From: Nitrososphaerota archaeon
Lineage (GTDB): Archaea; Thermoproteota; Nitrososphaeria_A; Caldarchaeales; Calditenuaceae
Assembly: GCA_041641295.1 (NCBI GenBank)
Contig: JBEPYO010000001.1
Location: forward strand, 1,408,001-1,472,000
Length of the DNA: 64,000 nt
Direction: 5' to 3'
Shown: positions 37,351-47,291 of the stretch, one piece after another
Position numbering within the stretch: position 1 is the first letter of the stretch
Layout: each line of letters starts with the position of its first letter
The notes under the pieces: generated by a model
What the model saw: only the letters and a program-made list of their open reading frames with translations
What the model was told of the DNA's origin: nothing
Database searches by the model: none
Program-made: the position numbers and the translations under genes

Positions 37351-39351
37351 GTGGCTGAGACAATCGAGGAGGAGCTGGCCCGATTCTTCAAGCAGGAGAA
37401 GTACAGGGACATGATCTCGAGGGCTGTCGTGTCGGGCCGAAAGACGGTCCCCGTTGATTTCAGCGACCTCTTGATATTCAACAGGGACTTCGCAGAGAAG
37501 GTTCAGGCAGAACCTCTCACCTACCTCCCACTACTCGACAACGCTGCATACAAACAGCTTGAGCTCGAGTATCCTGAGTACGCCGCACTGGTCAGGTCCT
37601 TTAAGACAGCGGTCAGAGGCCTCCCAGACTCTATCCCGATCAGGAAGATACGCTCAGAGCACCTCCGGAAGCTCATAGCCGTGGATGGCATAGTTGTGAG
37701 GGCCTCAGCCGTCAGACCCCTGCTGGAGAGGGCCGCCTTCAGGTGCCGTTACTGCGGAAACATCTACACTGTTGAAGGCTCCAAGCAACCCCCACGCTGC
37801 AGAAACCCCAGATGCCTCGAGAAGCGGCCATCATTCGAGCTGGTCGAGGAGGAGTCCGTCTTCGCAGATTTCCAGACACTCGGCGTCCAGGAGAAGCCGG
37901 AGGACCTGCCGCCTGGACAGCTTCCACGCATCATCGATGTTCGGGTTAAGGGCGACTTCGTCGACGTGGCGGCGCCTGGCGACAGAGTCACTGTAACAGG
38001 CATACTCATGCTCTCGGCTGAGCAGGGTGAGCATGCGGCTCAGCCCCGGAAAGTCTTCCTCGACGCAGTCTCTATCGAGCCCCGTGGTAAGGAGCTGGAG
38101 TCCCTCTTGATCACTCCTGAGGAGGAGAAGATGTTTAAGGAGATGGCTGCGGATCCGCAGAACTATCAGAGGCTGATAGAGTCTGTCGCGCCCTCTATCG
38201 AGGGGCTGGAACACATCAAGGAGGCGGTCCTACTACTGCTGTTCGGAGGGAGGAGTAAGGTCTTCCCGGACGGCGTAAGGGTGAGGGGAGATGTTCACGT
38301 CCTCTTGGTCGGAGACCCTGGGACAGCCAAGTCAACCCTACTACTCTACGCGGCCCAGATTGCTCCGCGGGGAGTGTACACCTCTGGGAGAGGCAGTACT
38401 GCTGCTGGATTGACTGCTGCGGTTGTTAGGGATGCGGGGGGAGGGCTAGTGTTGGAGGCGGGGGCGAGTGTACTCGCGGATATGGGGGTTTGCGTGATTG
38501 ATGAGATTGACAAGATGAGGCCTGAGGACCGGGTTGCGATGCACGAGGTCATGGCTCAGCAGACGGTGAGCATAGCTAAGGGCGGAATAGTAGCCACGCT
38601 CAACGCCCGGTGCAGCATACTTGCGGCCGCAAACCCAGAGCTAGGCAGATACGATGTCTACAGGCCCTTCAACGAGAACGTCAACCTCCCAATAACCCTC
38701 CTCTCAAGGTTTGACCTGATCTTCGTCCTGAGGGATGAGCCGAGCCCAGAGGCTGATAAGAAGGTATCAAGCCACATAGTCTCTCTACACATTGAGGGCG
38801 GGGTTAAGAAGGAGCCGCCAATCCCGCCAAACATACTGAAGAAATACATCGCATACTCCAAGAAGATCGAGCCGGTACTGACGCAGGAGGCTGCCGAGGT
38901 CCTCCAGCAGTTCTACCTTAACATGAGGGCTGTCTACGAGAAGACCTCCACCGTCTCCATTACCGCGCGGCAGCTCGAGTCTCTGATAAGGCTGGCCGAG
39001 GCACGCGCGAGAGCGTGTCTCCGAAATGTGGTCACTGTCGACGATGCGCAGGTGGCTGTTAGGCTCATGAAGAGGAGCCTCTCTGAGGTTGGGATAGACG
39101 TTGAGACAGGCAGGCCTGACATTGATGTCATCATGACTGGGAAGCCTCGTAGCGTGCGCGAGAAGCTGAGCCTCGTCCTAGACGTGATTCGGGAGTTGCA
39201 GGAGCAGCACGGGTACGCCGATGATGAGGCTTTGAAGAAGGAGCTGCAGGAGCAGGGGCTCACAAAGGCTGAGATTGACCGTATACTTAACAGGATGATT
39301 ACTGAGGGTAGGATTTATACGCCCAAGCCAGGTGCCTACAGGCTGGCGTAA
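37351..39351 (+). CDS. mcm: MCM replicative helicase (no intein)
   Basis: QE.PE..P.GQLPR, GDPGTAKS, IDEIDKM, AAANP, LLSRFD and C-terminal WH domain. Confidence 0.97.
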   Translation: MAETIEEELARFFKQEKYRDMISRAVVSGRKTVPVDFSDLLIFNRDFAEKVQAEPLTYLPLLDNAAYKQLELEYPEYAALVRSFKTAVRGLPDSIPIRKIRSEHLRKLIAVDGIVVRASAVRPLLERAAFRCRYCGNIYTVEGSKQPPRCRNPRCLEKRPSFELVEEESVFADFQTLGVQEKPEDLPPGQLPRIIDVRVKGDFVDVAAPGDRVTVTGILMLSAEQGEHAAQPRKVFLDAVSIEPRGKELESLLITPEEEKMFKEMAADPQNYQRLIESVAPSIEGLEHIKEAVLLLLFGGRSKVFPDGVRVRGDVHVLLVGDPGTAKSTLLLYAAQIAPRGVYTSGRGSTAAGLTAAVVRDAGGGLVLEAGASVLADMGVCVIDEIDKMRPEDRVAMHEVMAQQTVSIAKGGIVATLNARCSILAAANPELGRYDVYRPFNENVNLPITLLSRFDLIFVLRDEPSPEADKKVSSHIVSLHIEGGVKKEPPIPPNILKKYIAYSKKIEPVLTQEAAEVLQQFYLNMRAVYEKTSTVSITARQLESLIRLAEARARACLRNVVTVDDAQVAVRLMKRSLSEVGIDVETGRPDIDVIMTGKPRSVREKLSLVLDVIRELQEQHGYADDEALKKELQEQGLTKAEIDRILNRMITEGRIYTPKPGAYRLA

Positions 39352-39356
39352 ACGTT

Positions 39357-41516
39357 ATGAGGGTTGAGGAGGCCGGGCTGTCGGAGTGGCTTCTCGAGTC
39401 CCTGAAGCGCGAGGGAATAGAGACCCTCTACCCACCTCAGGCCGAGGCCCTTCGGAAGGGTCTCCTGCAGGGCCGGAACCTCGTGGTCTCCTCACCCACC
39501 GCATCGGGGAAGACGCTCATAGCCATAATGGCGGCCCACCGACACCTCGAGAACAGGCGGAAGATACTATACCTCACACCCCTCAGGGCCCTGACCTATG
39601 AGAAGTCGGTGGAGTTCAGGAGGATACTTGCTGAAAATGGTCCAGGGTTTAGGGTGGTGGCTGTCTCCGGCGACTATGATGACCCAGGCGAATGGATAGG
39701 GAGCAACGACGTCATAGTCTCTACCTATGAGAAGGCCGACAGCCTAGTCCGCCACCGCGCCAAATGGCTCTCAAGCATAGGGCTAATAGTCGTTGATGAG
39801 GCCCACATGATAGGCGACCCTGACAGAGGACCTACACTTGAGATGACGATAGCCAAGCTCCTCGAAACGCTTGAGGCGCCCCAGATACTCTGCCTCAGCG
39901 CAACCGTCAGAAATATAGGGGACATAGCGGAGTGGCTTGAGGCCGTCCCAGTCCAGAGCGACTTCAGGCCTGTCCCGCTCAGGGAGGGTGTTCTACAGGG
40001 GGGCCGCATCTTCTTCTCGGATGGTGAGACCCGAGTTTTGAGGGCTGGCGCCGACCCCCTCAGCGGGCTTGTCGCCGAGTGTCTCATGGATGGTGGACAG
40101 GTCCTAGTCTTCGCTTTGACGAGGAGGAAGGCTGAGAGCTATGCTGAGAGGCTGGCACAAGCTCTCACAAGCCTCAACCTTCTTGACAGCGCCGACAGGG
40201 AGAGGCTGGAGGAGGCCTCGCGCAGAGTATTGGAGGAGGCCGAGTCTCCCTTCTCCGAGAGGCTGGCCAGGCTGATCTCGCGGGGTGTTGCCTTCCACCA
40301 TGCGGGGCTCGGTCACATCCATAGGAGGCTGATAGAGGATGCTTTTCGAGAGGGCGTGATCTCGGTGCTGTGCGCAACACCCACGCTCGCTGCCGGCGTC
40401 AACCTGCCCGCAAGGATGGTAGTCATCCCTGAGTATCGCCGCTTCGACTCGAGGAGCGGGATGAGGGCCCTGAGCGTGACGGAGTATAAACAGTTCTGTG
40501 GGCGGGCCGGTAGGCCGCTATACGATAACATAGGATACTCGATACTCGTTGCGGGCAGCAGGACTGAGGCTGAGTATCTGATGGAGAAGTATATTCAAGG
40601 GCTGCCGGAGAAGGTCTACTCTGTCCTCGGAAGCGAGAAACATCTCCGAAGCCACATACTCTCCCTAATCTCATCGGGTCTCGCCAGGTCCGAGCTCGGA
40701 TTGAGGAGGATCATCGGCAGGACGTTCTACGCCCACATCTTCGGCACACAGGGGCTCGTTGAGAAGATAAGCTCCGTCCTACAACTCCTAGAAGCCCACT
40801 CACTAATCTCTAGCGACGACGGCTTGGAGGCGACTAGGCTCGGGGCACGTGTCTCAGAACTCTACATAGATCCTTTGACCTGTGTCGAGATACTCAACTA
40901 CACTGCCGGGGTCGAGAAGCTCTCCACCCTCGGCGCCCTACAGATAATCTGCCTCACACCAGACCTGTCAGACCTCTGGGTCGCTCGGATCCGCCCCGCC
41001 ACCGTTAAACGCATCTTGGATGAGCTTGGCGAGGAGCTGTTCGTAAGTCTTCCAGACCCCGTCGAGTATCCTGAGGAGTATGAGCTGCAGCTCGACAGTC
41101 TGAAGAATGCTTTGGTGCTGTGGGCGTGGGTCAGCGAGGTTCCTGAGAGGGAGATTTATGAGAGGTTTAACGTGGAGCCGGGCGACTTTGCAGCCCTTAG
41201 AGAGAGGGCCGAGTGGATCTCCTACGCCGCCTCGAGCATCCTAGAAGTGGTGGGGCGGAGAAAGCTCGCATCATTCTACAGGATATTGACTGAGAGGCTG
41301 AGGCATGGGGTCTTGGAGGAGCTGCTAGAACTCGTCTCGCTCCCCGATATAGGTCGGGTCCGGGGTAGGATGCTTTGGCGCTCCGGCTTCAGGTCGCTTG
41401 AAGACATTAAGAGGGCAAGCATCGACGAACTCGCTAAGGTTCCAGGAATCGGCACAGCAATTGCGGGCAAGATAAAGAAGGCGGTTGAGAAGCTAGACTC
41501 TGCAACCGAGCAATAG
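39357..41516 (+). CDS. hel308: Hel308/Hjm Ski2-like DNA helicase
   Basis: LYPPQ, PTASGKT, DEAH, LSAT, FHHAGL, TLAAGVNLPA, GRAGRP and C-terminal HhH. Confidence 0.95.
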   Translation: MRVEEAGLSEWLLESLKREGIETLYPPQAEALRKGLLQGRNLVVSSPTASGKTLIAIMAAHRHLENRRKILYLTPLRALTYEKSVEFRRILAENGPGFRVVAVSGDYDDPGEWIGSNDVIVSTYEKADSLVRHRAKWLSSIGLIVVDEAHMIGDPDRGPTLEMTIAKLLETLEAPQILCLSATVRNIGDIAEWLEAVPVQSDFRPVPLREGVLQGGRIFFSDGETRVLRAGADPLSGLVAECLMDGGQVLVFALTRRKAESYAERLAQALTSLNLLDSADRERLEEASRRVLEEAESPFSERLARLISRGVAFHHAGLGHIHRRLIEDAFREGVISVLCATPTLAAGVNLPARMVVIPEYRRFDSRSGMRALSVTEYKQFCGRAGRPLYDNIGYSILVAGSRTEAEYLMEKYIQGLPEKVYSVLGSEKHLRSHILSLISSGLARSELGLRRIIGRTFYAHIFGTQGLVEKISSVLQLLEAHSLISSDDGLEATRLGARVSELYIDPLTCVEILNYTAGVEKLSTLGALQIICLTPDLSDLWVARIRPATVKRILDELGEELFVSLPDPVEYPEEYELQLDSLKNALVLWAWVSEVPEREIYERFNVEPGDFAALRERAEWISYAASSILEVVGRRKLASFYRILTERLRHGVLEELLELVSLPDIGRVRGRMLWRSGFRSLEDIKRASIDELAKVPGIGTAIAGKIKKAVEKLDSATEQ

Positions 41517-42422
41517 GCTAACGCCGATAGATGCCGCGAGGATATCAGCTGAGGATCCAGGCCTCGCGTCGATGCGTCTGAGGTATCTGTCGAGTTCTAG
41601 GACTGCTTTTAGGCCCTCCGATGTGTAGGCTCCGCCAAGGCCTAGGGCAGCTTCAGCCATCGACTGCGCGATACGGGCAACCACAACGCCACGACGCCTA
41701 ACAATATGAGTATCAGGCCTACATGCCATTACGGAGAGAAGAGCGTTAACACATGCCTTCTCAAAGGAGCCAGTCTCCTCCCTCCACCTGGAGAGTGTTT
41801 TGAGGGCGACGTCGAAGGTTAGTGGAAATCCTTCGAGGAGTTCGTCAGCTACCACATCTCTGCCGCGATATGGTTCGAGCGCCTCTAAAAGCCCCACTCC
41901 ACGCCTCCTCAGATAAACATAGGTCTCGGGGCTCGTGACATCTAGGAATGGGACGCGGCCTAGGCCGCCTGGCCTGACATGATCTATCGCCCTGAAGATG
42001 TGGAGAGTGTCGGACGGGCCCATGCTTTTGACAGTAGAGACCGCGGCCCGTCTCAAAGCATTGGTTCCCACTCTTCCCTCGAGACTTCCAGCTGCGGCTG
42101 CGAGGGGCATAGCCAGCAGTATCGCTCCAAGGTGCGTGTTTCCACCCTTCTGAACCCTCAGCATCTCCCTCACGGCCTCAAAGACTAGAGGGCCCAGACA
42201 GCCCCGCAACCTTCCCCTCCTCCCAAAAGCCGCGGCCTTAGCGAAGTGGGGGTAAAGTGAAGTGGCGCTCGCGGAGAACCTGAAGATATCTAGTTCTTTA
42301 AGGGGGTTTACGCGGTCGACGAGTCCGGGCTTGGGGTGGGCTGCGGCCTCGAATATGAGTCCGGTGGTAAGGCACCTCGCAACCTCTAGGTCCCAGTTGG
42401 TGAAGGTGTTAGGGCTGGTCAA
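41493..42422 (-). CDS. CitG-like triphosphoribosyl-dephospho-CoA synthase family protein
   Basis: E....PKPGLVD, NTHLGAI, DTHI.RR.G and PGSSAD. Confidence 0.85.
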   Translation of the reverse strand: MTSPNTFTNWDLEVARCLTTGLIFEAAAHPKPGLVDRVNPLKELDIFRFSASATSLYPHFAKAAAFGRRGRLRGCLGPLVFEAVREMLRVQKGGNTHLGAILLAMPLAAAAGSLEGRVGTNALRRAAVSTVKSMGPSDTLHIFRAIDHVRPGGLGRVPFLDVTSPETYVYLRRRGVGLLEALEPYRGRDVVADELLEGFPLTFDVALKTLSRWREETGSFEKACVNALLSVMACRPDTHIVRRRGVVVARIAQSMAEAALGLGGAYTSEGLKAVLELDRYLRRIDARPGSSADILAASIGVSLLLGCRV

Positions 42423-43336
42423 GGCGCTACCCTCCGCTTGTAGGCTATGACGACTCTTTGCTCAGGGTCCCATCTCGCCTCGAAGCCCACCGCCCGGAGC
42501 CTCTCCAACACCCCCCTATAGAGCCTAAGACCCCTAGACTTCTCACCAGGCCTCCCAACATAGTGGACCAGAATCCCGCGAGGCTTGAGAATCCTGAAGA
42601 GCTCAGCGTAGAACTCCCCCGAGTAGAGCTCACCCGCCAGAGAGAATCTAGGTGGGTCGTGGATAACAGCCTGAAAGGCTTCTGACGGTAGGCTGTATAT
42701 CAGACGAGAGGTGTCGTCGTTCACAATTGTTATCTTCTCCGACTCGAGGTCCCATGACCAGGGGTTGATCTCCGCTATCTTGAGGACGTTGACGTCTTTC
42801 TCAACTGTTATGACAGATGAGGCGCCCAGCCGGGCAGCCCAGATCGCCGAATAGCCAAGACCCGTACACGTATCTAAGACGACGCCGTTTCTTAACCTAC
42901 TTGAGGCGACCCTCACCTTCAGGTATGCGTCCTCCTCAGGGTAGACGCCCTTGACCCGGTGCATGTGTATGCCGTCAATCTCCAGTGTGGGTGCGTGCCC
43001 CTTCATGCTCTTGACCAGCTTGTAGAAATGCTCAGCCCTAACCTCGACCTTCCTCAACTCTCCTGATACGAGGGCGAATACAGACCTCTCATCCCGGGCA
43101 ACCCTCCTAAACTCTTCTAAAGGTATAGCCTCCCCCCTAACAACCACCTTTTCTCCCGAAACCTCCACCAACTCCTTGCTACGCCACAGGTCAAGACTGA
43201 CCTCCACCATCCCCCCTCCCCCTTCAGCGGCGTGAAGCAGGTCAAGCGCCACCTCGCTGGTGAACAACGGATAGGCCTGACGCCTGAAGGGATAAGTGTT
43301 GAAACGGCTGAGATCAATTCCGACCGGCCTATCCAC
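42419..43336 (-). CDS. Class I SAM-dependent methyltransferase (archaeal, spermidine synthase-like)
   Basis: PTLEIDGIHMH, LDTCTGLGY, NPWS and HDPPRF. Confidence 0.85.
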   Translation of the reverse strand: MDRPVGIDLSRFNTYPFRRQAYPLFTSEVALDLLHAAEGGGGMVEVSLDLWRSKELVEVSGEKVVVRGEAIPLEEFRRVARDERSVFALVSGELRKVEVRAEHFYKLVKSMKGHAPTLEIDGIHMHRVKGVYPEEDAYLKVRVASSRLRNGVVLDTCTGLGYSAIWAARLGASSVITVEKDVNVLKIAEINPWSWDLESEKITIVNDDTSRLIYSLPSEAFQAVIHDPPRFSLAGELYSGEFYAELFRILKPRGILVHYVGRPGEKSRGLRLYRGVLERLRAVGFEARWDPEQRVVIAYKRRVAP

Positions 43337-43400
43337 GCCCCCACTACAGACCGGCTGCTAGAGGATTTTTAGTCTGCCTCCAGCCTCACCTACACGCAGT

Positions 43401-43417
43401 TTTTTACGGTGTAAAAA
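43401..43417. promoter_or_regulatory. Inverted repeat TTTTTAC-GGT-GTAAAAA, a candidate operator
   Basis: Perfect 7-bp arms just upstream of the TATA-like ATATTTTTA of the HTH gene. Confidence 0.5.
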
Positions 43418-43446
43418 TATTTTTAGACGGAGCCCCATCTCAAGAC

Positions 43447-44172
43447 ATGCCAAGCCGAGTAGAGCAGCTCATCCCCGCCCTGAGGGCTGCACTGGCCATC
43501 AGGCTAGTAGACAAGTATAGGCTGAAGAAGAGCCACGTCGCCAAAGCCCTAGGAGTCAGCCCAGCCGCAATTACCCAGTATGTCTCCGGGTCTAGGGGGC
43601 TCCGCCTGCCAACCGGAGACATCTCTGTCGAGGAGATAGACGCACTTGCCGAGCGTATCGCTAGGAAGATCTCCCTTGGCATGATTGATTCAGCATCGAC
43701 CGAGCTTACAGTCTTCCTCAACCAGTTGATAGCTCCGCGGATTTCTCAGGAGCTTAGAGCGGGGGCCGGGATAGATGCCTCTGTTATCAAGTCCTTGATG
43801 GACCGCATAACGCTGGAGGAGGAGGCAGCAAAGCGAGCCCTAGAGCTCTCAACAAGTGCAAGTTCCCAGCTCGCGAAAATGGTCTTGAAGCAGATGGCCG
43901 TCGATAGCATGAGGCACGCCGACATCCTCGCAACACTCATCCACGCAATAGAGAACAACGAGGATGTCAGCCTAACCAAGGACGACCTCGTACTCATAGC
44001 CGAGATGTCTAAGTTTGAGAGTAAGGCGGAGGAGCAGAGGCTTGCCGAGATACCGCTAAGAGAGATGAAACCAGTCATCAAGGCCCTACTAACCTCCATA
44101 GACATGGACGAAGAGAAGCATGAGATGCTCTTGAAGATAGTCCTCGGTGGAGAAGATAAATTAGGGAATTAG
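43447..44172 (+). CDS. HTH transcriptional regulator fused to a ferritin-like domain
   Basis: IPALRA...VAKALGVSPAAITQY.SG.RG HTH; EEEA...DSMRH and E...DEEKH carboxylate/His pairs. Confidence 0.8.
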   Translation: MPSRVEQLIPALRAALAIRLVDKYRLKKSHVAKALGVSPAAITQYVSGSRGLRLPTGDISVEEIDALAERIARKISLGMIDSASTELTVFLNQLIAPRISQELRAGAGIDASVIKSLMDRITLEEEAAKRALELSTSASSQLAKMVLKQMAVDSMRHADILATLIHAIENNEDVSLTKDDLVLIAEMSKFESKAEEQRLAEIPLREMKPVIKALLTSIDMDEEKHEMLLKIVLGGEDKLGN

Positions 44173-44192
44173 GATAGAGTGTGTAGGGGTCT

Positions 44193-44702
44193 TTGGATAG
44201 GCTCTGGTCTCCCTGGCGGATGGAGTATATCAAGAGGGCTGCTAAGAGTGGTGGCTGTATTTTCTGCGAAAAGCCCCGCGAACGTAGGGACCGTTCAAAC
44301 CTCATACTGGCTCGGGGGAGATACTGTTTCGTCATGCTCAACGCCTACCCCTACAACTCGGGACACCTAATGATAGCCCCCTACCGCCACGTAGGCCAGC
44401 CCACCCTCCTCAGGGAAGCCGAATTTGTAGAGATATTCCGCCTCCTCCGAACCTTTCTAACTGCTTTGGACAAGACATACTCCCCATCAGGCTACAACAT
44501 TGGAATGAATGTGGGTAGGGCCTCAGGCGCGGGGATTCCCGGTCACATACACTTGCATGTTGTGCCTCGATGGACAGGCGACACAAACTTCATGCCCGTG
44601 ATATCAGACACTAAGGTCCTACCCGAGACGCTTGACCAAACATATGAGAAGATCTACGCCGTCCTCGACGACTCCGTAAAGTCGAGGCTATTCAACGAGT
44701 AA
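44193..44702 (+). CDS. HIT family nucleotide hydrolase (Ap4A phosphorylase-like)
   Basis: LWSPWRMEYI, CIFC, N.YPYN.GH and HIHLHVVPRW. Confidence 0.92.
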   Translation: MDRLWSPWRMEYIKRAAKSGGCIFCEKPRERRDRSNLILARGRYCFVMLNAYPYNSGHLMIAPYRHVGQPTLLREAEFVEIFRLLRTFLTALDKTYSPSGYNIGMNVGRASGAGIPGHIHLHVVPRWTGDTNFMPVISDTKVLPETLDQTYEKIYAVLDDSVKSRLFNE

Positions 44703-44710
44703 TATATTCC

Positions 44711-45763
44711 TTAGAGAATATTCTCTCCGCAAGAGACTGCCACTTCTCCCCCACCAGTGGTTTGAGCCTTGTTCAGCCTTTCCCTCGCCTCGATGTAGTA
44801 GGGTGACGCTGGGTTTGCCAGTAGGACTACCTTGCTCACCTCGTCGTGTGTCGCGTAGACGTACCCTGTCAGGTGGGCAAGCTCTTGGGCGAATGTCATG
44901 AGATCCTCAATCGTGGGCATGTGCTCCTTCTTGAGGCGTTTCTGAGACTCGCCCACGTGGACATAGCCCTTACACTCTACGAAGTCGGGCTTGGCGAGCC
45001 TTATCGCCTCCGCATACTTTTCGGGTGATTTGAGGTTGAGATACTTGACGAGTGTAAGCCTGATTACTTTTCTGCACTTGAACCGAGGCATGATGCTGAG
45101 GCTTCTCCATACCCTCTCCCAGCTATCAGGTATCAGGGGCTTGTTGACGCTCAGGTGGGTCTCCTTGTCGGGTCCGTAGAAGCTTATGTAGAGGTTAGTG
45201 GGCTCTGCATCCTTCTCCAGTAGCTCCTCCAGCCTCTCAGGCATAGTCCCATTGGTGACAAGGAAGGTTGTCATGCCCCTGCTCCGGGCAAGCTTGATGA
45301 ACTCGGCGAGGTAGGGGTAGATGGTTGGCTCACCGTCCAAGCTAATAGCGATGTTCGTCGGCGTCATTGCCTCGAGGAACTTCTTCTTATCTACGCGTGG
45401 ATTACCTTTGAAGCCTGAGAGGAGTTGTCTCTGCTCCTTGATCATGGCGTCGAGTAGGACTTCTGGCGGGTCCCACTCGCCAGAGTAGGGCTGGCCACGG
45501 TTTATTGTGTGGAATCTCCAGCAGAAGACGCAGGCCATGTTGCAGTACTGGAGGCTGGGGGTCATTTGGAGGCATCTATGACTCTCTACGCCGTACCAAG
45601 ACTTGTAGCAGGCCTTTCCACCCCTGAGGGCCGACTTGGTCCAGTGGCAAATCTTTACCGCGCTGTGCCCGCCTACCAGCCGATACCCGCTACGGATGAA
45701 TTTCTCAGCCCCCTTAACCTCCAGCCTAACTATTCTCCTCGGCTCAGACAGCGTCTCAGCCAT
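44711..45763 (-). CDS. taw1: 4-demethylwyosine synthase Tyw1/Taw1 (radical SAM)
   Basis: HSAVKICHWT, CYK..YG..SHRC.QMTP, CNMACVFCWR and ISLDGEPT. Confidence 0.95.
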   Translation of the reverse strand: MAETLSEPRRIVRLEVKGAEKFIRSGYRLVGGHSAVKICHWTKSALRGGKACYKSWYGVESHRCLQMTPSLQYCNMACVFCWRFHTINRGQPYSGEWDPPEVLLDAMIKEQRQLLSGFKGNPRVDKKKFLEAMTPTNIAISLDGEPTIYPYLAEFIKLARSRGMTTFLVTNGTMPERLEELLEKDAEPTNLYISFYGPDKETHLSVNKPLIPDSWERVWRSLSIMPRFKCRKVIRLTLVKYLNLKSPEKYAEAIRLAKPDFVECKGYVHVGESQKRLKKEHMPTIEDLMTFAQELAHLTGYVYATHDEVSKVVLLANPASPYYIEARERLNKAQTTGGGEVAVSCGENIL

Positions 45764-45877
45764 ACGCTAATAGTCAATTTGAATGAAAGCGGGATTTAAG
45801 CTTGGAGGAACAGCACAGAGCCATGTAGATTAGATATAAAAGCTTGGACAATATATCTGAGCAACGCCTAAGAGGGC

Positions 45878-47272
45878 ATGCGGCTTGTCTTCAAGTTCGG
45901 GGGAACCTCGCTAGGCGATGGTGAGCGTATCAGGAATGCTTGCAATATTGTCCGCTCATACCGCGAGCGTGGAGACAATATAGTTGTGGTCTGCTCAGCA
46001 ATGGGTGATACAACCGATATTCTGCTCGAACTGATGGACTCGGCTGTCAGGGGTGAGAGAGGGAGGCTTGAGGACGGGCTAGAGAGGCTGAGATCCGCCC
46101 ACATAGAGGCTGTAGAATACGTATTGAGGGGGGATGGGCTGAAGAGTGAGGCTCTGAAAGTGATTGAGGAGAGGCTGAGCGATCTCACCCACATCTTATC
46201 AAGCATCTACTTCCTCCGCGAAGTTACCCCTAGGACCAGGGACTTGGTCCTATCCTTCGGCGAGAGACTGTCAACATGGATTTTCACATGTGCGCTCCGT
46301 GGTCTAGGAATAGCTGCAAAGTACCTCGAGGGCGGCGACGCTGGCATAATCACCGACTCTGACTTCGGATACGCCACACCACTCATGGAGGAAACACTCA
46401 ACAACATCAAGAATACGATACTGCCACTGCTCGGTCAGGGGGTCGTGCCTGTAGTCACAGGCTTTATCGGACGTACGCGCGATGGAGCCATCACTACGCT
46501 GGGGAGGGGAGGCTCTGACTTCACTGCAACGCTTCTTGGGAGCGGCATCAAGGCCGACGAGGTCGTGTTGTGGAGCGATGTCGATGGACTGCTTACTGCA
46601 GACCCTAGGATAGTGAGGGGGGTCAAGGTTATTCCCCAGCTCTCATACGAGGAGGCCCTCGAGATGGCTGTCTTCGGAGCTAAAGGCCTCCACCCCCGCG
46701 CAATAGAAGCGGCCCAAAACGGAGGCGTAAAGGTCCGCATAAAGAACACCTTCAACCCCTCCGCCCCGGGAACACTCATCACTGACCGGGGCCTAAGTAC
46801 CGATTCCGTCGTCAAAGGAGTACTCTTGGTGAGGGATGTCGCAATGATTACTGTCCGGGGCGCAACGGCGGTTGGAAAGCCGGGAAGCGCCGCACGAATA
46901 CTCCAGAGCATATCCAGCCGCGGAATAAATGTCATGATGATCTCGCAGAGCGTCTCGGAGTCTAGCATATCGCTGATAGTTAGGCGGGAGTCTGCGGACG
47001 CGGCCTTGGAGGCTATTCGGGACTCGAATCCGCCTAGCTTGATTAGGGGTGTTGAGTGTGAGAAGGATGTGGTAGTGGTCGCGGTTGTTGGTGAGGGGAT
47101 GAAGGGGACGCCGGGCGTAGCCAGCAGGGTCTTCGGCGCGGTGGCCCGTAGGGGGATAAATGTTAGGATGATAGCTCAGGGTAGCTCGGAGCTCAACATC
47201 TCCTTCGTCGTAAAGGAGGCTGACGGCGTCGAGGCTGTCCGCGCAATACATGAAGACTACGGGCTAGGCTAA
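45878..47272 (+). CDS. lysC: Aspartate kinase with two ACT domains
   Basis: KFGGTS, SFGERLS, TTLGRGGSD, DVDG..TADPR and GSSE.NIS. Confidence 0.95.
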   Translation: MRLVFKFGGTSLGDGERIRNACNIVRSYRERGDNIVVVCSAMGDTTDILLELMDSAVRGERGRLEDGLERLRSAHIEAVEYVLRGDGLKSEALKVIEERLSDLTHILSSIYFLREVTPRTRDLVLSFGERLSTWIFTCALRGLGIAAKYLEGGDAGIITDSDFGYATPLMEETLNNIKNTILPLLGQGVVPVVTGFIGRTRDGAITTLGRGGSDFTATLLGSGIKADEVVLWSDVDGLLTADPRIVRGVKVIPQLSYEEALEMAVFGAKGLHPRAIEAAQNGGVKVRIKNTFNPSAPGTLITDRGLSTDSVVKGVLLVRDVAMITVRGATAVGKPGSAARILQSISSRGINVMMISQSVSESSISLIVRRESADAALEAIRDSNPPSLIRGVECEKDVVVVAVVGEGMKGTPGVASRVFGAVARRGINVRMIAQGSSELNISFVVKEADGVEAVRAIHEDYGLG

Positions 47273-47291
47273 TGCCCACTGCGCGTTGACA

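Noticed and set aside
37351-41516. Inteins in MCM or Hel308
   Set aside because: Both proteins have normal lengths and uninterrupted motifs.
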